From a virus, in IMG/VR virus record IMGVR_UViG_3300029712_000001: a stretch of DNA of 64,000 bases; one strand, written 5' to 3'. Positions within the stretch are counted from its first letter, which is position 1; every line of letters starts with the position of its first letter. Shown here piece after piece: positions 1-10,700 of the stretch. The notes below the pieces were generated by a model. It was not told the origin of the DNA and made no database searches. It worked only from the letters and a program-made list of their open reading frames with translations. The position numbers and the translations under genes are program-made.

Positions 1-23
1 CCTGGTATTGGGAAAAAATAGGT

Positions 24-206
24 TCAGATCTTGGGTAAAGATTCGAGCCAATTTTTAACATCTTTATATTTAGGGTCTTTGTCTATTCTATCTTTCAGTT
101 CATGCAATGCTGAGTCCATAACCGTATTCGGTACGCCAATCAACTCTCCTATTAAATACAATGGGGTTTTATTCGATTTAGATTCGTGTGCTATATTCAT
201 GTCCAA
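24..206 (-). CDS. hypothetical small protein (60 aa)
   Basis: Minus-strand ORF co-oriented with all neighbouring genes. No recognisable motif. Confidence 0.35.
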   Translation of the reverse strand: MDMNIAHESKSNKTPLYLIGELIGVPNTVMDSALHELKDRIDKDPKYKDVKNWLESLPKI

Positions 207-363
207 AAAAAGTTATGTGAAACAAACCGGCCACGGGTATTCTATTGCCCGCCGACCGGTATAATATTTTTATTCCTTTTTTTCCAAACGGGAAAAACGG
301 GAATGCGGGAATCATATTTTTTACTATGGCTCCCGCACCACCGGAAGGACCTGGGTCTGGATC

Positions 364-657
364 TCAGGTCAGATCCTTCCAGTTTATTTTTTCGCCGAGG
401 TAATCTTGCACGGCAAGCCATCTTATAAAGGCTACTCCTTCGGGAGCATCCGGATCATCCAAATACATTAACGTAGCTTTCACCAACTCGTTCTCACATT
501 TGAAGACCTTCGGAAAACCATCCGAATAGTACATTGCAAAGACATATTGGACATCGCCCCATGTCGCTTTATCCGGCTTCTTCGCTCCGCACTTTTCAAA
601 AATATCTTTTATTTCCGGCTGCTTCCAGATCCTCTTGGATCCATCGACGTTGACCAT
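364..657 (-). CDS. hypothetical protein (97 aa). The frame stays open for 31 more codons upstream, up to the TGA of the preceding gene.
   Basis: ORF track. It is in the same frame as 751..1128, separated by one TGA and 31 stop-free codons. Confidence 0.5.
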   Translation of the reverse strand: MVNVDGSKRIWKQPEIKDIFEKCGAKKPDKATWGDVQYVFAMYYSDGFPKVFKCENELVKATLMYLDDPDAPEGVAFIRWLAVQDYLGEKINWKDLT

Positions 658-750
658 CTTCTTTACCGCCTCATCAGCAAGAGCATTAGAAAAATGGTAG
701 CCGTAAGTATCTACATATTTCTGATAAGCTGGATCCTCTGCGTCTGCTCC

Positions 751-1128
751 TCAATAAGAACGACCTCTGCCACGTCCGCGACCTCTACGCATCTGAGGTC
801 CGTCACCGTAGTATCTGTCGTCTCCATAGTAATCGGTCGGGTAGGATTCGTAACCCATCCTCCGGTATTCCCGGTCCTCCATTTCATGACGACGTTCGCG
901 CTCTTCGAGCCTTCTTTCCCTTTCTTCCAGCTCGTTTTCGCGTTCTTCCATTTCCTTCATCTTCTCATGCATACCGTAATGATCATAAGGAGGAAGGAAC
1001 CCATGTCCGTACTCCATGTACGTCCCATCAGAACGACGGCTTCTGCCTCTGCCTCCACCTCGCCTGTCTTCTATCTCATCATATCCAGGATATTCTCTGT
1101 GTCCTGAATTTAAATCATATACTATCAT
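751..1128 (-). CDS. Arg/Gly/Glu/Tyr-rich low-complexity protein with RGG-type boxes
   Basis: The translation contains DRRGGGRGRSRR, an ERENELEERERRLEERERR helix and a C-terminal MRRGRGRGRGRSY. Confidence 0.6.
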   Translation of the reverse strand: MIVYDLNSGHREYPGYDEIEDRRGGGRGRSRRSDGTYMEYGHGFLPPYDHYGMHEKMKEMEERENELEERERRLEERERRHEMEDREYRRMGYESYPTDYYGDDRYYGDGPQMRRGRGRGRGRSY

Positions 1129-1135
1129 ATTATAC

Positions 1136-1630
1136 TTATTTCAAACGTTCTACAATTAACTTCTTTAAATCTTCGAATGAATCAGTAAGGTCATTCACCT
1201 TATTTTCTATACCAGCTATTTTACGATCCTGCTCTCTCGTTTGTTTGAATGCCGGATTGATGTCTTCTAATATAGATTCACAAGCCTCTATCTTGGCACG
1301 ATGGGTATCTACGCTGTCTATTATGTCTTGACTGGTGCTTTTTATAGCATTCAGTTCGTTCATAATCGGATCTATGCTGGTAGATAATGTTATACCCATA
1401 GCCTTAGCCACATTCTGGGATTCCAAGACCGTATAGGTCTTGGTTTCGCCAGTGAGCTCTACCGTCAGATCCACCACGCGGGTCTGCATCGCCTGATACT
1501 GACCCGGCTGAGGAGGAAGATACCTGGGTTCGGATACGGCTACTACCTTTCCCAATTCGTATTTAGGTACTGTATTAGTATCAAGGGTATGTACCTGAAA
1601 CCCCTTCTTCAAATCTGAAAACATGATCAA
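1136..1630 (-). CDS. hypothetical protein with a C-terminal coiled coil (164 aa)
   Basis: ORF track. The C-terminal half shows a heptad-like pattern (KIEACESILEDINPAFKQTREQDRKIAGIENKVNDLTDSFEDLKKLI). Confidence 0.55.
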   Translation of the reverse strand: MIMFSDLKKGFQVHTLDTNTVPKYELGKVVAVSEPRYLPPQPGQYQAMQTRVVDLTVELTGETKTYTVLESQNVAKAMGITLSTSIDPIMNELNAIKSTSQDIIDSVDTHRAKIEACESILEDINPAFKQTREQDRKIAGIENKVNDLTDSFEDLKKLIVERLK

Positions 1631-1680
1631 AATATTATTTAGGTGAAAATAGGGTGATGATCTCCATCACCCTACTGAAA

Positions 1681-2094
1681 TCATTTACCTGCTTTAACTT
1701 CAGACGCCTGGGCTGCCGCTACTGGAACACAGCAATCCATTAATCTTAACACGCCACGAACTTTATTGAAGTACAGAAGGCGTTCTGTGCCATTTACCAT
1801 AGCAGCACCCGTTACAGCTACGTTAATAGGGTTCACGACATTCACTCCCGTAACCGAGCAACAGGTGTCGGCTCCTACTGTTGAAACTGTGCTGTTTGCC
1901 GGGACCGCAATCTGTACCGGTAGAGCACTTCCGGCTGTGGGGACTACTTGCCTTATCTTAAGAAGGATAAGACCCTCACACGGAAGGGCGATCCAAGCCC
2001 GTGGGTTAATACCGAAGATTGTATTTGTCGTACTGACAATAACATTCTTCGTAACCATCTCATACAACGATCCTATTTTAGAAACACAAGCCAT
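1681..2094 (-). CDS. hypothetical small protein, apparently beta-rich, with two CC dipeptides (137 aa)
   Basis: ORF track. Val/Thr/Asn-rich sequence with DTCCSV and MDCCVP. No family recognised. Confidence 0.5.
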   Translation of the reverse strand: MACVSKIGSLYEMVTKNVIVSTTNTIFGINPRAWIALPCEGLILLKIRQVVPTAGSALPVQIAVPANSTVSTVGADTCCSVTGVNVVNPINVAVTGAAMVNGTERLLYFNKVRGVLRLMDCCVPVAAAQASEVKAGK

Positions 2095-2117
2095 ATTAGC
2101 CTCCTCTCTTAATAAAA

Positions 2118-3125
2118 TCAGACAGCAGCGTTGTTATTGCAACATCCGTTGTTACATCCACATCCGTTATTGCAGTAACCTCCTCCGAATACCTGTCCCC
2201 AAGAATAAGCCTGGTAAGGAGAACAAGAGGGGTAGGCTGGGACGGCCGTCGGGCGTAATTGACCAACGATATTCTGGGTTTGTTGCTGAGATAATGCCGA
2301 AGCTGTCAAAGCCGCTTTTTCTTCACGAAGTTGAGCAATAGTGTTCTGCATCTCCCTCATTTCCAACTGACAGAATTTGTCGTTGATCATAACGGTTTGA
2401 GCGTCAAGTTTCGCAGACAAGATATTGAATTGGCTTGTAGCTTGCTCACGATTGTTAGCCAGACCTTGGTTGAGACCGTTCTGCAAGATATTGGTTTGTT
2501 CCAACGTGCGAAGCTGGTTATCAAAACCTTGCTGAGTAATCATTCCCTGAGTCTGGCAAGTGCTTTGATTGATCAACGAACTCAGATTGCAGCAGCAAGA
2601 GCTGATTTGATTTCCGATTTCACAACCTTGTTGTTGAACTGCGTTGATAACAGCCTGAGAAGTCATACCTACCTGACCAGCTACTTTATCAATAGCACCC
2701 TGTACGTTGCAGATAGCGTTCTGAAGTTGAGTAGTAGAACAGTTCAAAGCAGAAGCGATCTGATCTATAGCGCTACGATTACCTTGAATTGCCTGCATCA
2801 GAAGCTCACGACCGTAATCGTTATTCAACTGAGCGGGTAAACCATTGGCGCAACAATCACCACCATTTCCAAAACCGTTACCGAAGCCGCGTCCACCCCA
2901 CAGCCAGAACAAAACAATTATCCAGAGCCACCAACCGTTAGCCCCACCGAAACCGTCCTGGTTGTTACGACCATTCATCAAAGCCGCCACCAGATTCGGA
3001 TCCATTTTATTACCACCTATTAAATTAGCAAACATGCCGGGAATCATTGAAAGAAGACCGTTAGTGGCTGCACCACCACCGTTAGCCCCGGCTCCATCTA
3101 AAAGGACGATTTTATCACCACCCAT
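2118..3125 (-). CDS. Gln/Asn/Gly/Cys-rich protein with one Trp-rich TM segment and a C-terminal CNNGCGCNNGCCNNN tail
   Basis: The ORF track gives 2118..3182. The more plausible start is MGGDKIVLLDG, with ATG at 3125. The TM segment is GWWLWIIVLFWLWGG. Confidence 0.6.
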   Translation of the reverse strand: MGGDKIVLLDGAGANGGGAATNGLLSMIPGMFANLIGGNKMDPNLVAALMNGRNNQDGFGGANGWWLWIIVLFWLWGGRGFGNGFGNGGDCCANGLPAQLNNDYGRELLMQAIQGNRSAIDQIASALNCSTTQLQNAICNVQGAIDKVAGQVGMTSQAVINAVQQQGCEIGNQISSCCCNLSSLINQSTCQTQGMITQQGFDNQLRTLEQTNILQNGLNQGLANNREQATSQFNILSAKLDAQTVMINDKFCQLEMREMQNTIAQLREEKAALTASALSQQQTQNIVGQLRPTAVPAYPSCSPYQAYSWGQVFGGGYCNNGCGCNNGCCNNNAAV

Positions 3126-3258
3126 AATTTTATAGTATTTAATTGTTAAACATACGTGCATGAAGCACGTAACAAAGATCATGATTGTAAGGTGGAATAT
3201 AGGTGTGTTTATTTCCTATAGAAGAGAAGTATTTTCAGAAAAGACAGAAACAAAAAAA

Positions 3259-3294
3259 AGGTAGTGTTTTTTTTATTCTTTTAAAACACTACCT
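3259..3294 (-). terminator. intrinsic terminator hairpin (12-bp stem) downstream of the Bro-N gene
   Basis: AGGTAGTGTTTT (3259-3270) pairs with AAAACACTACCT (3283-3294). On the minus strand it is followed by a T8 run. Confidence 0.7.
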
Positions 3295-3304
3295 ATAAAT
3301 AAAC

Positions 3305-4189
3305 TCAAGAAAATTTGCCATATTTTAAAAATACATTTTTAAGTTTTCCTTTTATGCCATTGAGGGTCACTTCATATCCGGAGCCTGTCATGTAGATAGT
3401 TTGTTGATTAACCCTTTCGCCGGAATACTTATCTACAAAATATGATCTATATACACCATATCCTTTAGCTACAACATTACTGTACAACTCCCATTTTCCA
3501 AGACCGTTTCTAAACATAAACTTAGCTTCTTCAAGAAATGAACGTAAATTCTTTTCAGCGATGATAACACCATTCTGTTCTAACTTTTTGGCAATATCAC
3601 GAATCAGCCACATATTGTTATGGTCTACTTTCCTAAAAGACTCGGCAAATTCTACATCGGGCTTATGTTCTTCTATTGTTTTCAAGGCTTGTTGCTTCTC
3701 TGCCTCTGCCTGCGACTTTTCGGCTATAGCTTTTTGAGCAGCTTCATATTGATCAGCCCAGGCTCTTGCTGCATCTGCCGGATTAGAAAAGTCAGGGACC
3801 AAAATTCCCTTTCCACCGGAACTTGTTTTATATTCTCCTGTTTTACGAATAGAAGGAAGAACCTCAGATGTTATCCATCGTTTAAATCTCTTAGCAGATT
3901 CTAATTTTGAAGATAATATAAGAGAATATAAACCAGATTCATTAATTATTCTTATACTATCTATATATCTGGTTTTCAATATGGATTGATTCACGCCCCA
4001 TTGATTATCAGATACTTGCAAAAGTATGGAATCATCATCATCTACATGTCTTTTTACCGCATCTTTAGCATTTATATATCCAAGAGATTTAGCCACATCT
4101 GACGCCACAAACCAAACATCTCCTTTTGGATCTACAATAATTCTAAGCTCTCCAAAATCCGAACTTTCAAAAACAGAAACTTTATCCAT
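3305..4189 (-). CDS. Bro-N domain / KilAC (ANT-type) antirepressor-like protein
   Basis: The N-terminus FESSDFGELRIIVDPKGDVWFVASDVAKSLGY...INESGLYSLILSSKLESAKRFKRWITSEVLPSIRKTG matches Bro-N. The C-terminal module is shared with 38962..39921. The ORF track starts at 4270, but the start at M28 (4189) fits Bro-N better. Confidence 0.85.
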   Translation of the reverse strand: MDKVSVFESSDFGELRIIVDPKGDVWFVASDVAKSLGYINAKDAVKRHVDDDDSILLQVSDNQWGVNQSILKTRYIDSIRIINESGLYSLILSSKLESAKRFKRWITSEVLPSIRKTGEYKTSSGGKGILVPDFSNPADAARAWADQYEAAQKAIAEKSQAEAEKQQALKTIEEHKPDVEFAESFRKVDHNNMWLIRDIAKKLEQNGVIIAEKNLRSFLEEAKFMFRNGLGKWELYSNVVAKGYGVYRSYFVDKYSGERVNQQTIYMTGSGYEVTLNGIKGKLKNVFLKYGKFS

Positions 4190-4363
4190 GATAAAAAAAT
4201 AGGCCCAAAAGAGAATGTCAGATCCCACTATGACAAACCCTAATGAGCCAAAAATATCTTTCAACATCAAACAACCAGAGGTGGGATCTCGTTGTTCATT
4301 GTTTCTGGAACAAAGATAGGAACAGGATTTTAAATAACAAATATTTTAATACTTTTTAAATCA

Positions 4364-4393
4364 AATCAGGGCCCGCATCACTGCGAACCCTGA
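4364..4393 (-). terminator. imperfect hairpin between the HTH gene and the Bro-N gene
   Basis: ATCAGGG (4364-4370) pairs with CCCTGAT (4387-4393), and there is an inner CGCA/TGCG pairing. The U-tract is weak. Confidence 0.4.
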
Positions 4394-4475
4394 TCTACAC
4401 TAATCTAAACTAATACCATGAAAAACTTAAATCTAAAAACTAAAGAACACACAAATGTATGAAAATGTATGCTTT

Positions 4476-4673
4476 TCACAAAGAATCTGTATCCTGTTCT
4501 TTTGTGTGATTCAAGACATGGGATATAGTTCTGATACTTAATCCGGTTTGATTTCGTATCAGATTATAAATATAGGATTTTGAAACTACAGTTCTTAATT
4601 GACCTAAATCATTCATAATGTTTTTATACATAAGATGAATGCTGTTATTACGTTTGATGGTACTGATTCTCAT
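4476..4673 (-). CDS. small helix-turn-helix DNA-binding protein (65 aa)
   Basis: TGLSIRTISHVLNH resembles the recognition helix of LacI/GntR-type HTH domains. The gene is bracketed by hairpins. Confidence 0.5.
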   Translation of the reverse strand: MRISTIKRNNSIHLMYKNIMNDLGQLRTVVSKSYIYNLIRNQTGLSIRTISHVLNHTKEQDTDSL

Positions 4674-4826
4674 TTCCTACCGTTATTAGTTACGTCCGGT
4701 TCTTACTTTTTCCTATTTCTATAATCCCTTCCTGAAACTAATATTGCAAACTTAATAAAAATAATTCATAAACAACGAAAATCTAACTTTTCTTGTATGT
4801 TATTGATATACGTGCATATATAAGAA

Positions 4827-4852
4827 AAGTGAGACTTTCACAAGCCTCACTT
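4827..4852 (-). terminator. hairpin terminator after the 752-aa gene
   Basis: AAGTGAG (4827-4833) pairs with CTCACTT (4846-4852). On the minus strand it is followed by TTTCTT. Confidence 0.45.
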
Positions 4853-4897
4853 CCCAAATTATAACTATGAAAAAACTATATATATGTATACAAAAAA

Positions 4898-7156
4898 TTA
4901 CCTGCATTCTAATTTGTTAAGATCATCCAATTCAGACTTGCTTATGGTCATATCTTGCGTCAAGCCAGATCTGTTTTGGTATGGAGCGTAATCGGTTTCT
5001 ACTGTCTTAGCCTTCTGGGTAGAATCGTATTTCACCTCCGATTCGGTCCCTGTCAGATTTTGGTAGATAGAGCCGGAACTACTTTCGCTTACTTTAGACC
5101 ATATCTTATTACCTACTCTTATAAAATTATCATAAATACCTTCGGCTGTTATAACACCATCTTGCTCTACGATATTAGGGCCCGATTTTTCTTTTAACAG
5201 ATACGGGTGCCTGGTGTAAAAATAGTGTTCAAAATCATTCTCGGCATACGAAGGGTCATACCTATCCAAATAAAACAATTTTGATAAAAAAGGGTCGGTG
5301 CTGGTCATGCTATAATCAAACAACATCAACCTGTCTTTTCCAGATAAAGATAATTCTATTGATTTCAAAATATCAGGATCATCAGAAATAAGACCCAAAG
5401 ATGGACCAGATTTGAAGTCAAGATACTTATAGGCATTATCATATAATTTTGTTTTATGGAGTTTATTGTCAAGGTAATATTGGTATAAATCGAATAAGGA
5501 TAATGGGTTTTCGCTATCTTGTTTTTTGTTCATGTACCGACTAAATTCCCGATCCACATCCGCGTAAGAAACATCAAGTACCGCCGGGTGCCCAAACGCC
5601 ATCCTGGTCATTATCATGTCCTCCGTGTTCTGAGAATCCATGAACGATCTGACGTATTTTTTAATGGAATCCATGAGCGTATTATTATCTACGTTCCGTA
5701 CTTTCTCTTTATCCAAAACGCCGTTCTTAAAACAAGATTCAGGATATATTTTAGCAGGAAAGTGAGTTAGGTTGTGCTTGGCTAACACTGTTGATATTTG
5801 ATACATCTCGTTAAGATCATCTTTGCTGATCCTTTGATATAGATTATCTCCTACCTTAAGCAATGAATGTTTCTCAAATGCTTCTACTGGGTCTATATTT
5901 GATTCAGAATAAACGATATTCAAATTATCCATATACTCCGGCAATAATCCAAAATAATAGTCTGTACTATCACCAAGAACATCATCAATAGAAGATGCCA
6001 ACGTAGGAGCATAATTTACATCATTGTGCCAGGCCACATAAATATCAAGATCCAGCATCAAATTATCTATCTTATTCAAAGATTCTTCTGTGCCATCATA
6101 AGTTTCCGATGTCCCTATTATATCTATGCCAAACCACGTACAAGCCTCTTCTATATCCCATATCATGCTTCTTAAATCGGATTCGGTGTCGGCATTAACC
6201 CTATGTAAATAAGCTGATATACGAGCTCTTAGGAACTCTATTTTGCCAGGATTGTAATAAGACAGATCTTGTAGCTTAGACAAGGATCTTCTCTTGCCTT
6301 CTACCATATCATCCCCTTCTATGTTTATTACCGGAATCTTATTCGTAGATGAAAACTCATCAAACATAGATTCGGCAAATTCTTTATCAGAAACGAATTT
6401 CTCAACCAGTTCAGGGTATGAGTTTCTCAACGATTCAAAAGCAGATGAAAATTCAGAAAATTTTTTTATGCCGGCTACTGTTTTACGCATAGCATAATAA
6501 AGCTCAGAAGGATTATATGGTACTTTTTTACCAAATTGGTTAAACACTTCCTCCTTGTAAACAATAGGACCATACTGATAGTCAACAGACATAAAATAAT
6601 TATCTTTTTCCCTATCATGTTCGTTATTGGAATAATCCAATAACTTCCTCATGGATGTCGAAACTTCATTAAGAACAGAAGGATCAGATAAGATTCTACT
6701 TATCTCTGTTTCATTATACAAGCCTGATCTTCTTAAATTCTGCTCATTCAGTATCAAACTACCATCTACATAAAAATAATGAAGAATGATGTTGGATAAT
6801 GATGGTGCCGTATAAACACCATAGGTAGATAAAAGAAAATCTCTTACATCCTTAACATCCTGATCCGTTAGAGGATCGGCAAAATAAGTTTGACGCTTCA
6901 TATACGACAGCACGTCTTCTAAAAGAGGTTCACCATTGGAATCGGTATTAAACATCTCCCCTGGAGCCGGGTTATTCCAATGACCGTAATACGACAAAAA
7001 ACCAGGAGTGTAAGCCTTAGCCCATACCTGAAGGGCCCGCTCGCTGTTTCCTAATAATTTTAAGGCACTTTCGTAAAGAACGGAAGGCTCCCCGTTAGGA
7101 GCCTTAACCCGTTTTATTTCATTTTCCTTTTTTTCTATCTGACATTTGACACCCAT
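4898..7156 (-). CDS. large virion-associated protein of unknown function (752 aa)
   Basis: Long uninterrupted ORF. The N-terminal KAPNGEPSVLYESAL motif resembles N-terminal modules seen in phage polyvalent or internal proteins. This is from memory and was not searched. Confidence 0.6.
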   Translation of the reverse strand: MGVKCQIEKKENEIKRVKAPNGEPSVLYESALKLLGNSERALQVWAKAYTPGFLSYYGHWNNPAPGEMFNTDSNGEPLLEDVLSYMKRQTYFADPLTDQDVKDVRDFLLSTYGVYTAPSLSNIILHYFYVDGSLILNEQNLRRSGLYNETEISRILSDPSVLNEVSTSMRKLLDYSNNEHDREKDNYFMSVDYQYGPIVYKEEVFNQFGKKVPYNPSELYYAMRKTVAGIKKFSEFSSAFESLRNSYPELVEKFVSDKEFAESMFDEFSSTNKIPVINIEGDDMVEGKRRSLSKLQDLSYYNPGKIEFLRARISAYLHRVNADTESDLRSMIWDIEEACTWFGIDIIGTSETYDGTEESLNKIDNLMLDLDIYVAWHNDVNYAPTLASSIDDVLGDSTDYYFGLLPEYMDNLNIVYSESNIDPVEAFEKHSLLKVGDNLYQRISKDDLNEMYQISTVLAKHNLTHFPAKIYPESCFKNGVLDKEKVRNVDNNTLMDSIKKYVRSFMDSQNTEDMIMTRMAFGHPAVLDVSYADVDREFSRYMNKKQDSENPLSLFDLYQYYLDNKLHKTKLYDNAYKYLDFKSGPSLGLISDDPDILKSIELSLSGKDRLMLFDYSMTSTDPFLSKLFYLDRYDPSYAENDFEHYFYTRHPYLLKEKSGPNIVEQDGVITAEGIYDNFIRVGNKIWSKVSESSSGSIYQNLTGTESEVKYDSTQKAKTVETDYAPYQNRSGLTQDMTISKSELDDLNKLECR

Positions 7157-7182
7157 TGTAATTAACTTTTTTGCAAAGTTAA

Positions 7183-7677
7183 TTACAAAACCGACTTATA
7201 CAATGACGGATCCCAAATTCCTTCTATATAAATCTCCGGAAAACTCAAACTGCCATCACGAAGAGTGGTGACTTCCAAGCTGGGAATGTTGAAAACAGTA
7301 CTGGTATCACCAAACTCACCATTCAACTTGATAGCATTTCCGCTGTTATTAGCCTCATAATAAAAATAACAATAATTTTCATTAATACTTGGATCATATT
7401 CGTACCAATATGTTAGATCTTGTATATGATCTTCTATGTTACCAATTTTGTTTTCACCTAATATAAAAATACCATTATTGCTATGATTATAAACCATAGA
7501 TTCATAACCACCATAATTCCAATTACTATTAAACATTATGTAACTAACATCAGAATCATGATCTTTTAATACAGGTCCTATATGTATATGAATTTTATTA
7601 AACTGACATACATAAGGTCTTTTTCCTCCAAGCCTTTTTATATCTTCATTGGATAACTTATTATAACATCCTCCCAC
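7183..7677 (-). CDS. hypothetical protein (164 aa)
   Basis: ORF track. Tightly packed in the operon. Confidence 0.55.
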   Translation of the reverse strand: MGGCYNKLSNEDIKRLGGKRPYVCQFNKIHIHIGPVLKDHDSDVSYIMFNSNWNYGGYESMVYNHSNNGIFILGENKIGNIEDHIQDLTYWYEYDPSINENYCYFYYEANNSGNAIKLNGEFGDTSTVFNIPSLEVTTLRDGSLSFPEIYIEGIWDPSLYKSVL

Positions 7678-7716
7678 GAAATTATCCGCAGCATTAAAAA
7701 AATCTCCTTCTCATAC

Positions 7717-10700
7717 TCAACACTCCTTATTTAACTCATTTATCGAATCCGAATTATCAGAACCTTCTACGAGATTCTTATTCCTATCTATCTCTTCCTG
7801 GCTCATATTACTCATCATATTTTGTATTTTTCTACCAGATTGAGATAAAGAGCGGATGAATGCACTGGAACTTATCTTAACTCCAAGATCCGGTTTTGCC
7901 CTAAACGCTTCACCGGTACTGATATTATACAAATCATACACACCTGAGTTCATATAGAATTTATATATCCAGTTTCCACCAGCTTTTTTGTACCCTAATT
8001 TGGTTAACTCGACTACACTCATACCAAATTTAATGCCATTACGACCCATTATCTTCTCCGGTATAGGTTCTACCTTAGCCGGAACAGATGTATATGCTTC
8101 ATCACCGCCGTACAGGAAATAAGGGGTTGTCACCCTTGATATGTGAGTAAGCGGTTCTTCGGATATACGAGGCTCGTCTTTCGCAGCCTTATATTCTTCC
8201 CTTGGATTGGATATCCTAATAAAAGGATCGTATGTCAAAAAGGTTAAGCCGTATTCTACTTTATAACCTGATACGCCGTTAAGATCCCTTATAGCCTTAG
8301 TCGTATGCGAGTGATTGATGGTGTCTATACCATACCTTGATTCCATATCGGTCATAATACTATTAACCTCATCTCCCTCTACATAAACCTCTTCTCCTTC
8401 CGGGATAGAGGTTATGCCGGCAGCCCTTCTAAGTAGCCATAAAGTGACTTCAGCAATGTCAGAGAACTTATCTCCGTTCTTCCTATAGTTATCTACTCTT
8501 CCTTCTTCATATCCAGGTAATTCGATATTTCCTTTAACTTCGACATTTGTTCTGGATTGTCCTTTGCCTTCTCCATCTCCCTTTTTATCGCCATCTTCCT
8601 CAGTGCGTACTGCACCGCCTTCTGCACTTCCTTCTTTTCCATCATTTAAAATATTATCTGATTCTGACTCTATAGACTCCACGACAGCATCATACTCTGG
8701 TATGCCGCTAAGGAAATCTGCTACGTTATTCAAAAACTCTATTTTTTCCTCGTTTGTCATATCAAGGCTTTCCACGGGCTCCCATATGGCAGGCAAGTTG
8801 TTTGATTTTATTGCAGTAGAAACATCTTCTATAGTTTGGTTGTCCACCGTAGGCAAAACTTTAGAAACCAAACTATTGATATCAGATTCCATTTTTTCTA
8901 CTTCCTCTTTTGTGCCATATTCTTTTAGGGTATCCATGCCATTGACTCTAAGAGAATAATTCAAAGCCTTGCTTGGAACAAAATTAATATATTTCAAAAA
9001 GTTTTTCAACTCTGATATAATTTGTTCGTCAGATCTTGGCCCAACATAATCAACCACCACCTGATCTGTTTGAGAACGAAGCCAAGAAACGTATTCTTCT
9101 AAGATCTTACCACCTTTACTGGAAGGAGTGGATATTTTATCACCTACTGTTCCTTTAGGTTCTAATCCCATTTCTTCCTTAAGGCTTTTAGGATTACCTC
9201 TCTCACGAAGAAACCTCAAATCACCTCCTACAATCTTCCTTGCTATAAAATCAAAAATATTAGCATAAGACGGCAATCCTTCTTTTTCTATATGAGATTC
9301 TATTTCGTTTAACATAAGAGAGAAGTTTTTCCTGGAGGTACGCTTCTTGCCAGGTAAAGACTGCGTAGCTTGTGCCGCAGGAGCCGGCTGAGCTAATGGC
9401 GCCGGCTGAGTCTCCCGGGCAGCCCCTTCCTCTGGCATTTCCTCTTCATAAACTTCCACATCTTCTACCTTAGAAGTAACGGTCTTACCCTCATCAGAGA
9501 AAGGAAGATCATCCTCTATAAGCGATTTAGGTCTGGAAGATGATTTGCCAAACTGAATCCTGATCTTAGGAGCGACAAACATCTCACCTTCGAAATCTAT
9601 TCCAGATTCTACTTCAGACGTCACAATGTCTTTCACATTCCTGCTTTCATCTTCTACCCACTTAACAACATCAGGAACCGTAGATAATTTTTCTATAGCC
9701 TCACGAGCTTTTCTAAGCCCTGAAATAGGATTCAAATACGATACTTGATACGAAGCCGGATCAAGACCTAACTTGGTTAGATACGCATTAAGATCTTGTA
9801 TGTCATCTTGACCCATCTGTAGCAATTCAGAATCACCAGATTCAAGCAGCATATCTATAAAAGACATCCATTTCTGCCCTTCCTCTGATTCTACAGAACG
9901 TAGGCTAACTGGGAAAAGATAATTAAGACCGTTTTTACCTTTGATGACGACTACCGGAACTCTTACATTTTTGTAATTATTCCCCTTGTCATTTAATATA
10001 GAATAAGCAAATGGGAAGCCTGTGTATTTAGATCCGTTCTTAAGCACGACTTTGCCATTTAATACATATCCAACATCAGATACTTTTTCAGCACCTTTTT
10101 CGGTAATAGGGAGATTTTCTATCTGGCCATATCCTTGACCGTTCACCTTCATGTTAAACACCGGTCTTCCGGGAAGGGTCTGGGCAACAACATGCGTGCC
10201 GACGCCGATGGTAGCCGACCGGCCGGCGTCCTTCTTCCACTTGTTAAAAGCCGTTCTTCTTATTTTACTTATACCATCTATGCCTCCTGTATCAGCTTTT
10301 ACAACAGAAACGAATCTGTTCCCACTCATGACCTTGATAACCATATTGGACACCAGTTTATTCTCAGCAGATTCTATTCTTTTTTTATCGCCGGACTGAA
10401 CAGCATCATTGTATTCGGCAAAAAGAGACTGATTATAAGTATCATTTACATCTATTTCGAGATTAACCTTATCTCCTTTTTTCAAAGAAGATAATGCTTC
10501 CTGATCTATTTTATCTACCTCATTCTCTCCGAATCCGACACCCGTTCTGTACGGAACCAATTCATCTGAATCAAGACGCTTATAAACCAAAGAATAGGAA
10601 TTACCCACGTCCTGAATAGACACGTCTGTGTAACGGTTAAGAACACGAGCCGATTCTTTGTCTATAGACCATCTCGCATGATAAGGCAGTTCAATTATAG

